64,000 nucleotides of DNA from assembly GCF_964355755.1 (NCBI RefSeq), contig NC_092672.1, positions 806,001 through 870,000 on the forward strand. The letters run 5' to 3'. Each line of letters starts with the position of its first letter. The stretch's first letter is position 1. The DNA is from Antedon mediterranea (taxonomy: Eukaryota > Animalia > Echinodermata). A program made the position numbers and the translations under genes. A model generated the notes under the pieces. That model was not told the origin of the DNA, did not search any database, and was given only the letters and a program-made list of their open reading frames with translations. Of this stretch, positions 26,787 through 39,192 are shown piece after piece.

Positions 26787-29293
26787 CAAAAGTTTATGAG
26801 TAGATAAGAAACAAAATGGATAGAAACATTACTACATATTTGGAAGTTGTATTATATCTCTGGGTTCGATGTCGTCGGTATGTATAAAGAAAGGGTAAAT
26901 AATGTAGATATTGAAAAAGGAACAATGAACTCTTATTGTCTGCGGGTGGTATCAGCTGAGCCACCAACTTCTTACAGTACACACCATTAGAAAAAGCAGT
27001 CAGGAGACAAACCCAAAGTAGAAAGTATTTAGCACAAAGTGTTAAACTTTTGACTGCTCTGGTTTCTCAAGTGCCCCAGAGGAACAAGGTAGTAGAGGAT
27101 GGTAAATCAAACACAGAGCCAGTGACAAGCAAAGTAAATCAGTGATAATAGAATGGTAGGAGTGTATAAAGGCAGAGATCCACTAGGGAGGCAGGCAAGT
27201 GTCAAAGCCTAACCAAACACCACTTGGCGTTAATACCTAGCTATTGGTCTGGGAATATATAACATGGAAGTACTGGACTGTAGTAATACAGTTTTTTACA
27301 AAAATGTTGCTACTGTTCTCGGTGCATTCGGAGAGCCAAGAAAATTATGAATAAGAAAGTGATTATCTTATTAAAAAGTATAATAGATATAAGCACATTA
27401 TACAAATTCTTAAAGCAAATGAAATTCAACAACTGTAAATTACCTATCAATTAATGTATTTAAAATATTGATTTTACATGGAAGTTTCCTCGCGTGTTGC
27501 GATATAGCAATCATATTTCATAGGGAACATCCGCTATCGATCTTATCGTACAGAATGAGGAAAGGAAGGGATCTGGCAAAGGAAGGAAGGCTGGTATCAA
27601 TATACACAATCTTGTAAAGCTATATAAGATAATATAAAGATATATATAAGATATGAGGTCGTTCAACTTTTGACATATATAATTTAACCTTAACGTCCTT
27701 AAAAGGTGAATCAGTCATGGAAGCAAGGACTTCTATTGTATTTTTCAAAATTTGTAACAAAAATACAAATACTGTCAAAATATCTGAGGAAACCAGGCTT
27801 ACCGAATGTTACTAATATTAACGATATCACAATATAACTGCAAAATCTCCGTCTGGAAATTTTATCCACATTGTAATGTCCTCACATGTGATTCAAGACT
27901 TGTGTTTGGAGCCAAAATCTTGAATAAAAAAACTATCTACGAAACCTTGAAACAAAACATCATGTTTGCACACAAACTCACTTTATAGATGATACAATTG
28001 AATTGGCTATACATTCATATTCTGTATGACATGCAAATAAATTCCACTACAATATGTAGTGGCATGTAAAAAAGGATCCCTTGGTACTCCATACTTTTTG
28101 GATTCTATTGAGGTGTTGAATTACCTGTACAAGACCAGGTAGATTAATATTAATGGCATGATTAACCATGTTGGAATTTGTGGAACACCTTTTAAAGGGC
28201 AATAGAGAGACTTTTACTTGTCCAAATATCTGTGGTAATCAGACCACAAGTTCATTATTATTCATGATTAAATTCTTTATTTTTAGTTTATTTAAAAAAA
28301 TACATTTTTGTACCTTTTGTTAAAAAGCAATAAAATTAATTTCCATTAGGAGTTTTTATTACACTATGCAGTACCACTACCACGACACACAAAGTGTATA
28401 AAAGAATCTGAATTTGCTTGCAAAAGTTGGATAAAAAATTTGAGATCTTCTGTCTCTACCCGATATTTTACAGAAGATCAGATCTAAATGCAGATTCTAT
28501 CAGTATAGCTACCTTTAAGATGAGATGTGTATTAATGCAAATAATCTTTTAATTCAAGATGAAAATAACTTCTGTATACATTACTCATTACTGAGTCATC
28601 TTATCTTCTTTTTTAAAACATACTCTAAAAATTAACAAACAATGATGAATGAATTTTCTCCCAAAGGATCTACTTAACAAGAGTATTTTTCCATTTGTAT
28701 CTTTCTATTTTCTTGTGTTGTGATTGAACATGTCTGGCTACTAGTCTCCTAGCTGTAATTCCAAGATGATAAAGAGCTCATGAAACATAATTTATCAATA
28801 GCAAGAATATTAAAGAACATTACACTATCTACTATACAACTTAAAGAGACTCTTTAACAATTATTTTGTGTATCTTTTTTTGTAAAAATGGGATTACAAT
28901 ACATGCTACAAAGATGATAAAAGGTAGCGGAAAAATGTAGCTTTAAATAATGTTTATGTCAAAACAAGTTTGGTGAAATTGTCTAGAGATCACATATCAC
29001 CTACTGTGACATTTACAGTAGGCTTACTTACAGTAACATAAGTCCTCTTTTAAATTCTGGACTCACACCACCCAGTACTTTAAACTATATTGTTGAACTA
29101 CAGTACAACTCACTGTAAACTAAAGTTTCTCTTTATAACCATAATATTCACAAGTTTAAAAAAACCCATTTTATTTGAAATTCTTTATGTGCACTGCCAA
29201 AGTTTTACACTATATAAGAAGAATATTGCTGATATTTTTAACAACTAGTATATAATCTTACAAACATTATAGTGGTTTGGAATTTATGAAGAC

Positions 29294-29930
29294 TTTTTTA
29301 TTTTATTTTTTTATTTTATTCGGTCAAAACCAACAGCGATAAATACCGCCACTAACAGGTTTGAAACATAAAACAATACAACATCAAAAACGGTTAACAA
29401 TAAAATACAGATAAAATATATATATATATATAACAAAGATCGGCATGCCATAAACAATTTCAATTAATCAAACAGGTTATGCAGACTGTTCAAGAAGTGA
29501 ACACATAATCGTCCTCTTAAAATAACCAAGTCTATCATTAAAAATATCGATATGATTGCTATTTAGATTATTAAATGTATATGGTAGTCTATGAAAAAGT
29601 CCCCTCTTAGTACAGTCGACACGGCTGAAAGGAATATGCAATAAATGTCTATTTCGTGTACGACCAGGGATATTTAAACTAAATAGTGAAATTAATGAAC
29701 AGTCAAATTTAGAATTTAAAATATTATATAGAAAAACCATATCAGATATCGTTCGACGATTGCTGACAGAATCAATGGAAAAGGCAAAATTAACACAGTT
29801 ATAAGACAGGAATCGTACAAACTTCCGTTGAACAGTGTCGATTCGATGGGCCTGACATGGAGAAATTGAATTGAAAATTACGGAACAATATTCAAGGTGA
29901 GGACGTATAATAGATTTGTTGTAGTAAAAC
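29294..29930 (-). mobile_element. 5'-truncated CR1/L2-group non-LTR retrotransposon (ORF2 C-terminus, 3' UTR, A-rich tail)
   Basis: Uninterrupted frame 29929->29477: KSIIRPHLEYCSVIF...IDTVQRKFVRF...RRTISDMVFLYNILNSKFDCS...IDIF...FKR. Ends in an (AATAA)n/A tail at about 29320-29294. Confidence 0.85.
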
Positions 29931-30579
29931 CATGCATAATGCTTGTATGCATTGTGGAGAAGGCAGGCTGGATGAGAACTTTACAGAAACAAAGACCAGA
30001 AATAATACCATAATATACTTTTATAATGTTTATAATTCAGTTAGTATAAATGGCATACAAACATGTGTTACTCAATTCTATGCTAAACAAACTAATTTGC
30101 TCTCTATTTGTAGTAAAGTACTTGCTCATGAATTCACCAATTTACTATACAAGTTGTTTTAATTATTTGGCAATAAAATAGTAACTTAGTAAATTGTGAA
30201 CTACAATGGATAGGCTAGTAAGAGAGAACAGCTGAGTTTAAAGGAAGTGAATTATAGAGATTGTTATTGAAAAAAATAATACAAATTTTGAAAATTTATA
30301 AAAAAAAAATCCCTTTCAGTTGCCCTTCTTTTTCTTAGCATAGAAAATTCATAGCATCGATTACAATCAGCGATCTAAGCATCAGTCAATGACAATCACC
30401 ATTACCGAGTTTCCTAAGGAAGCTAACTTGACAGTGTAAATAAGAAAAAAGAAGAACAAATGTGTTCAAAATGTTTGGGATTAAGGTTGTTTCTGGGTTA
30501 AAAAGTGAAAGTTTTGAAACCGTGGAGACCGCCTAGAAAGATCTGTTGCTTCCCTCAACAAATGCACACTGACTTTGAA

Positions 30580-30608
30580 CCACATGGGGGCAGTGTTGCC
30601 ATGGTGAC
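30580..30608 (+). promoter_or_regulatory. Adjacent CTCF-like and RFX X-box-like motifs
   Basis: CCACATGGGGGCAG (30580-30593) followed by GTTGCCATGGTGAC (30595-30608). Confidence 0.4.
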
Positions 30609-33600
30609 TAGCTTCAGATGAGACAAGCCACGAACCTACTGTCCCTTTTGAAAGTTGTTAATGTTTAAAAGTATGTTTAAATAACTTAAATCATTTCCCT
30701 GGAGGTAATAATAATACAGCATGAATATGTACCGTAATTTATGCAGACTGAGTCAGCTATTCTGTTGGCACATTCTAAACAGTTTAACTTTATGAATGAA
30801 AGATAGGATGTATTGTACATGGTCTACTAAAATTGACCAACATCATAAAACTTGACTTCCTGTCTATTTGAAGAGACTTGTTTGAAGGTTAGATATTACA
30901 AATGCCAATATTTACAGTTGACTTTACTTGCTGCAAAAATTACTATAGAGTACTTTATAGTTTGAATTAAAGTGAATTTTGTCATTGAGATTATGGTACA
31001 GTTATCCATTTGACTACTGTACTACTAAATAATAATTGGTAGTCTTATATAGCACTGACTAATACAATGTTTTTAAGTGCTTTACACACAAAAATTAAAA
31101 TATCCTAAAATAACCCCCAAAAAATAAGAAAAACAGAGGAACCATTTACACCATAAGAGAGCTCGCCGAGACATCTGTCTATCCTATCCCACCAAAATGA
31201 GATTTTCGTTGTTGAAAAACTATGCAAAAGTTAATAATTTACCATTTTCCCCAGCGTCAGTCTACCACTCCCTGACAAGATATGCTCGCTTCCGACATGT
31301 ACAACAACCAACAAATGATTGACATGTTCATTTCCGACTTTGGCCTTTTTTTAATAATTTTTAACTAAGATTTTCTACCGAGAAATCACGGAAAGGAAAT
31401 AGTAAAAGTGCTGAGTTACTCAAGTAGTTGAACTTTAATATTTAGTATTAATCATATTTGGAATTAAAATCTGATAAATAAACATTAAAAAATTAGGAAT
31501 TAGTTTATAGATACCATACTACATGTTGTTTGCAGTGTTCATTTCATACTTTTACAGGAGACATCAACTTAAGACTGCAAAGTTAACAATAATCAATACC
31601 TCATTCAGAATTTGTTTTCATTTTTCATGTATTGCAAAAAAACTAAGATTACTGGTAATTAATAATTTATTGTTTGAAGTGGATTTTAGAAGAGAACAAT
31701 TCCAACATCTTGTCTCATCTTCTATTAATCAGTAGGGTGAATATTTCCATTTCCCAAAACATTCCAAAAATGTAGGTCAAAGTCTTCCCAATGGGAGAGA
31801 GTCTTACCATTGGTTAATCAATGGCCCCTATTAACTTTAACTCAACAGAAATAGCAGGACTATTACGATTATTCTATATCTAACTATAGTAAACCCAATG
31901 ATAAAACTTACCAGTTGTTATGTATAGAACTACAAACAACTGTTCAATTATATCACTTTGACAACAATTGATAAAGTCTGTAATTTAAAAAAAAAAAAAA
32001 AAATATTAAACATTGAATATGCTTTTAACAATTCATAACTATTACGGAGACATTTAATTGTTTAGGTAACTTTAAATAATAATTGATCATTTTATACCTT
32101 TGGTAGATTTAACAAAAAAATAATAGATCAAAAGCCTGGGAATTAAATTTGTCTAATTTCTGTTTTTGTGAATCATGTAACTCAACCTGTTCCACCCTGC
32201 GGCCTAAATTTAGCCTACATATGAGAATGAATCATATAAACTCATTTTATAGGCCTAGATACTCATTTTTATAACTTTAAAAAGGGACAGGAAAGTATGA
32301 TTGAAAGTGGACATTCTGCCAAAAGACAGTTGGAACTCACAACTTTTTCATAATGTATTTTTAAACTAAATTAATAATATTATTGTATTACTGTAACTGT
32401 TTTAAGGTTGTTTAACATCATTAGTTTGTTTGTGTCATCAACCACATACAAGCTTTTAGCTGTTTATTGATGGATTTTGCATCTTTGTATTTTATTTTAT
32501 TTCTAATGAATTTTGTTATCACTCTGGATGAATAAATTAATGAAATGAAATATTGCATCATATTAAATTTGAAAAATATGAAAAATAACACATAGAAAAA
32601 ACAATCCCTATTATTTATGAATTTGCCAGTCAGCATCAGATACAATCTTGTGTTAAACATTGCTAACAATATAATTATTAGTAAGCAAGTCTCATGTTTG
32701 AAACATCTGTTAAAATACTTAAGTTGTACAAATATATTAAGAAAAAATAAACATTTTGAGGTTGAAACCAGCAAAAAAGATTTTTAAAAATAGAAATAAA
32801 TTAAGAGATAAAAATCTTTAAAAATTAGCAGGTTCTAGATACAAAAAAATGGGTAATTTCATATTTGCACTGAAAGATTATAAATAATTCTTGATTTGAT
32901 TGGATTTAATTAAAAATACATATTATGTACAGTAGGCTTTTCTTCAGGTTTTACAGTAACACTTCAGAAGATATAACAACCAAACAAGTGCACAAAAAAA
33001 GACATCTTCTTAATATCCTCAATGAGATTTTTTAATTATTCACTAAACATAAAAAGCAAATATATATTTCCAAAGGCTAATGTCAAATAGACATTAAATT
33101 TGTTATCTGTAGAAGAAGTCTAACCTAGAAATTAACAGATGACAAAATTTAAATGTTACGGAACGAACAGCTAAAGAAAACAACTCAATTCAAAAACAAT
33201 ACAAGAAATAAATACAAAAGGATATGATGAATGGTGTTGAAAAAAATCACAATGTGACTCAATCAATTACAAAAATGGAGGGACATCCACACAAAGCGTA
33301 GATCTACAACACCTGGTACGGGTCACAAGGTGCATCCTACCAGCAAACAAACAGTAGAATTATCAATTGCGCACTCCATTCTTAGTGACATTTTTCAATA
33401 TCAATTTATCTTTAACAATTACATGAAATTATTACATTCACAATAGGATGGCAACTGAATAGAACAGTAGATATACAGTACACATGTACACTCAGTTAGT
33501 ACTTAAGTCTCTAATATATAATTTATATATGTCTTTATTAGAAACTTGTAATGCATAAACCAGTATACAGTAGTCTACGTTCTAATGACAATTCAGATTA

Positions 33601-33787
33601 GATATAAAAAACAGCATAATTTCAAAGTATGATAATTCACAATCAATGTTTTTAGCATTAAATATCAATTAAAAATGTTCCTTCTTTTGAGCCTAATTCA
33701 ATCCACACCAAAACATGAGCATCCATTCCAAGTGAGTAACACAGCAGGAGTTAAGAGAGTTGTCAGGGTCAGACACCAAATGATGTC

Positions 33788-33810
33788 CTGTCAATCAAAT
33801 TGATTGACAG
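33788..33810. promoter_or_regulatory. Palindromic pair of PBX-MEIS/PREP decamer sites
   Basis: CTGTCAATCAA-A-TTGATTGACAG contains two exact TGATTGACAG decamers on opposite strands. Confidence 0.55.
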
Positions 33811-35892
33811 CTAGATCTACTGTAATAGGTGTGGATTTTGTACACATTACTGATAAGTGATAAAGAGATAATTACCCTGTAATGAAGTGTTTATGAACTA
33901 CTAAATAAAACAACCTACTAAAGCCAGACTGTCCTTTGGACTGGACATCAAGTAGTGTAACACTACCCTAAACATGTAGCCATTAATGAGGATTAATTAA
34001 CCTCCCTATTGATAGTAAATAATGGTACAGTCCACCAGTCAATCAATCAGATTGTGACAGAAGTATTAACAGCTTGTATTGTTGGTCCTAGCAGTGCTCC
34101 ACCCAATCACAAATTGGTTTGTAATTATTACCTTGGCGTGAATATCACAATCAAAACATAATTTTGTACTGACTAATTGATTCCTGTTTGCCTATGGGTA
34201 ATTTGTTTATAGGAAGGAATTTGTTGGAAGGCTTGAAATCTAAAATCACTAAAGCTTCATGCCTTTAACTTTACCCAGGCATACTAATTGCCAATTGCAT
34301 CATACCTTTCTCTTTGATGATTGGACGTTTTGTGATATGTAGTTGCATACCATAATTCTGTATTTCGATTGTCAGTTTGTTAATTGATAATCATGTTAAT
34401 AAAATATGTTATTTGTTTTATGAATAAATTATCAAAATATTTACAATGATCAGTATACCTTGACCAATTTGTTTTGATTTGGAACATACAACGTTTATAA
34501 ACACACTATGATATAGTAAATTAAAATGTACAATACCATTTATTAGCAAATGTCATGATAAATCAACATATTCTTGTATTTGGTAATTTCATTTTTGAAT
34601 AAGAATTTTGATTAAATTTATGTCAGCCAGTCAACAAAATAACTTAATGATAAAGTAGTTTTAAATTTACAATAAAATTCATTTCAAAGTAGAATTGTAA
34701 TTTGCAACATACCCTTCGTCATGGAGATAAACGACAATCAATATTCTATTGTGAATAAATTCTTATCAAGAGAATCAACAATAAAAGAGAGTATGACAGC
34801 ATTCATAATTAAAGATTTACAAAATCATTCTGAAAAATATTTCTTTACAGTGTGTGAACAATCATATAGAAATCTTCTCCTTGAGGCCAAGCCAGCAAAC
34901 TAGGATCAAATTGCCAGCTACTCTGACCTTCTAGTAAGCTAAGCAGCACTGAAATTTGAGAACTAATGCCAATAATAGCAAAGATACAGGCCTATCTTTA
35001 AATAAAACAGGCCTATGAACAAGCCTATTTTCCAATCAAGCAGGTATATTTCACAAACAAGCCTCTTTTAAAAACAAAAATATAAAATTAAACGCTATTC
35101 AACATACCATTTTGGACTTTTTAAAACTATTTTATATTTTCATTTTGATCATATTCATAACAAACGGTTGTACGTACAGTACTGTAGTATTTAGTAAAAA
35201 ACCAGCCTAAACAAGCAAGTGAAAGTTATTTACTAAACTTTCTCATCTTCACTGCTTTATCTACTGGTACATAATTTATTTTCGGAATATTCACCGAGTG
35301 TATACCTTTAACATAAAGTTTACGTAAACATACATCTAAAAACAAGTTATATAACTTAATTCAAAGAAATGTTTAGTTAGTAGAGACTCATAAAATAGAA
35401 TGCAGTAGAATATGATTGGAATTCTAATTCTGTTCAACCCTCAGCCTTGAAAAATGTTGTCTTTTTGACAGGTACTGTATTCATTTATGGATTTTTAAAA
35501 CAATGAAAAAAATCTATGTACAGTAAAATGTCTACCATTCCTTTTTATTCTAAATCCTAGATGAGAGTGTAACTAAATGTGTAAAATTTTATTTGAACTA
35601 TAATATTAATATGGTACATCGTTAACGCTAGGCCTTTTACCAGACAGATTGAAAATTATTATTCTTTGTTCTTCATAGATAGAAGTGTAGAGAAATTGTA
35701 AATTTTCAGCGAAAAAAGGTCAGCTTTACTATTAGTATTATTAGGAAGAAATTTAGGACAAATGATTTGGTGCTTTCAAGAGACGTCAGTGTATAGAATT
35801 AACAAGATGAGAGCATATCAATTTGATCTCTGTTGCACATAATGCACATCAAGAAAGTGTTTAAAAGAGTCACTATCTAATCGGATTTGAAC

Positions 35893-35958
35893 CTACTATG
35901 TGGTCTAATGGACGACCGCATATCGAGCAGAAGATTCCAGGATTGAATCTCTGTTGTT
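35893..35958 (+). pseudogene. Degenerate tRNA-Arg-derived relic (tRNA pseudogene or SINE head)
   Basis: GTGGTCTAATGGA (A-box, as in tRNA-Arg GTGGCC/GCAATGGA) and CAGAAGATTCCAGG (as recalled for the tRNA-Arg-ACG variable loop/T-stem). The anticodon arm is damaged and the B-box mutated (GATTGAATC). Confidence 0.5.
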
Positions 35959-37292
35959 ATTTCCAGTATACGATGATTTTAATAAATATACTATTATAAA
36001 TGAATACCATCGCGCAATTTTGAGTTTCTCTATGTCTTTCAAATACAATATACCAAAACACATAACTTTTTTTTTAGTTTGAGTTGAGTATAATTAGCTG
36101 TGGGATTATATTGAACACTGAACTATGTTCTGTCTAACATGGTAGTAATTTTGATAATACCAGCAAGTCGTACCATTAGGCTTCTGTTCAACAACTACGA
36201 CTTTATTTTCAATTAAAGCAATTTAATTACATATAGAGTTTCAATTTTCTCCTCTCCATTTCCAGAATGGTAAAAATGAATGTTGGTGGTAACAAATTTA
36301 TTTGCAAAATCTTGTTTTTTTAATATTATTATCACAAATAAGCATGTAATACTGATGGGCAAACAAAATTGGAAGATGCTACAGTACTTGTCCAAGACAA
36401 CCAGGACCTCCTGGAATCTACTATTCAGAAAAAATTAATCAGAATTTAGATTACAATTTAAATTTTTGCGTGAGAATAAACATGATTTGACCATAGAAAT
36501 GGTAATCTCTAGTTTTGCAAGAATTTTACAGTCATTAAAAACTTGTTCTAGACATAATGATTGAGTTATCTTAGGAAAAGGTTTAGAAATGCATCCCTTT
36601 GCCATAAACTTCAAAGCTGCAAATAAATCCAGAGTAGACTGTGGACCTTGTATTAGTATGCAATGCACATTCTGTTTGAAATGGTGCTTAACAAGATATG
36701 ACAACGTTAAGACAATTGTACGTTACATTCCCGTTTGAACCATTTGATAAAATCATTCTCAAAATGGTATTTTCAAACACATTTTGTATCACATTTATGT
36801 AGACACAATGATAGAAAGAGTGTGTGAAATACAGCTTTGTGTGCTTTTTGTGTATGGGCATTTTAAATCCATCCCATGCATTAATAATACCGATAAATTA
36901 TTTCTTATTTCACAATAATCTTGGAAGTTGAAGAAGTTACAGATTTGAATAATGGAGTATTTCCATATTACATTAATGTATACATGTGTAATTACAGGTT
37001 AATGTTCTTCATTTGTCAACTCATCATCTTCTCTCAACATAAGTACTCATACTAAATACTTAAGAACTTTAAGTGTTCAACATAGGAATGCGCTTAAAAC
37101 AAGACCTTCCAACAGTACGGTAAGTATTCATACTAAAAAATGAGGGCGATATATTCAACAAAAGAAAAAGTGCTTCCACCGTATACAGACGAGCAGAAAT
37201 GGTTAACGGAAAACAAATAGAATCTATGTTATTTCTTACAAGACTACATTGACAGAAAACATGGAGTGGATGGGCAGTTGAGTGGAAACCAG

Positions 37293-37421
37293 CTCAGGAT
37301 AGATACAGATTCTGTTGGACAAGCCACAGTTTTCAGGTTACCATTACCGCTTGTCTCAGGATAGATACAGATTCTGTTGGACAAGCCACAGTTTTCAGGT
37401 TACCATTACCGCTTGTCTCAG
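37293..37421. repeat. 62-bp perfect tandem duplication
   Basis: ctcaggatagatacagattctgttggacaagccacagttttcaggttaccattaccgcttgt twice, followed by ctcag (microhomology). Confidence 0.95.
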
Positions 37422-39192
37422 ATATAAATTAGCCTTTTGTCTACTCTTAGTAAAGAAATATGGAAACAGATACTATAAAATGATTTACAATATCATTATC
37501 AGAGAGGAATGAAGTAACAATTTGGGAAATATATAAGCTTTTAATGGTAAGAAGATAATTCTGTTTGCTTTCTGACGTTAAGAAGTCAATGCAATACATT
37601 ACAGGCCTACAGTATTATTTCTATGGATATTCCTGATAGAGGCTTATTTTTTAACAACAGGAAATACACATTCTACAATTCCTGTACTAAAGGAGATACT
37701 CTAGCATGTAAACGGCTGGTGAATGACCTCATGCTTGTTTGTGGTCATGTTTGTGGCGCAGGCATTGTGATGATTTTCACTTTAGTAGTTGTTCTAAAAC
37801 CACCCTGTAGCTTATTGGAAAACATGCATAAACACTTATTTTTTGAAGATTACAAAAATGCTGTATTCAGTATATAGAGTAGTTAGTCATTTAAGCTAAA
37901 AATTCTACAGAAAATATTGTTCTTACACTTAATAAAGTAGCATAGACTTGGTTTAGTTTTAATTTTAATTTATCATTCATAAATAAGATTTTTATAGGGG
38001 GAATTTCCCTAACAAAAATAAATATTCTTTAATATCAGCATGGCATGTAATGTCAAAGGTCAATAAGACTACACCCATCCCCAAATTGTAGTCTGTGTAC
38101 ATTTAGTTAATGATAGCTACTATTTACTCAAGGCGATATTTACATTACTTAATACATGGACCTATAAGCTAAGTACTTTACATAAGCACTTTTATAGCTA
38201 TTTAATGCATTAAAAATTGGTATCAGTTTTCAATCTATAACCATCAAGTGGACTTTGAATGTTTGATGTTAAACAAAGATTAGATCAGACACTGAGTAAA
38301 CTGTAAATGTCCTCACCATTTATCTTTGATCTTTACTTCTGTAATAATCTACCAAGTACAGTAAAATGAAGGCTAAGGGAGTGTGTCTACGAATTGTGGT
38401 TCGAGGGTCGGTTCTTTATTAGAGAGGAAATAAACATATCATACACTACTATTTTTGACAAACTACTAATATTATTTCTCAGTGATCCCCATTTAAAAAA
38501 TGATTGATCCGCCTCTGGTTTCTGATTTCTTCCACACTTTATGATTTCTTTTTTCTTACATGATAAGCACCTACTAAATCAATCACCGTACTAAAAGTAT
38601 AAATCATTTTTTGCTCCAAATGCAGTAATGCACCTCCATTACTGCAGTAAATAGCTATACAAAACTATAAACTCAAAATCTAGTCAATTAGTTAGTCTGA
38701 GCTTTCCATCCAATAAATTAAAAATGCTAAATGCTATTTAATTAGTGATTATGTACAAGTAATTATTCAAGGTTTTCTTGTATTTAAGAATGAAAACAAG
38801 TATGAAATAGTTATTAGCATTCTGTGATGAGATAATGGTGGTACGTTATGTAATGAATCAACAATAATCAATAATAGAAAACAATTTAGTTCTATAACTG
38901 GCAAATATGTCATATGACAATATACTGTGATGTGGATGTATACACATGATACAATTAATACAGTCAACTATCCAATACTGGACACCTTTGAGCTGTCCTG
39001 AAATGCCAGGTTTTTTCCAGGAATTATGGTTTTCTGAATACGCATTTGAATAATATTTAAATACTGTATGAATGTTTTTTAGGGAGTTTCCATTTTTTTT
39101 ATAGAAAATGCTGAGATATTTGGTAAGAAGAAACAAATAAACTGTGAGGGGTGAAATATCAGAAAAACCTCTATTTTTTAGGCTAATAATGT

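Noticed and set aside
32421-32774. 117-aa ORF and similar F/I/L/K/N-rich ORFs throughout 1-45 kb
   Set aside because: Composition mirrors AT-rich non-coding DNA; no motifs or splice support.
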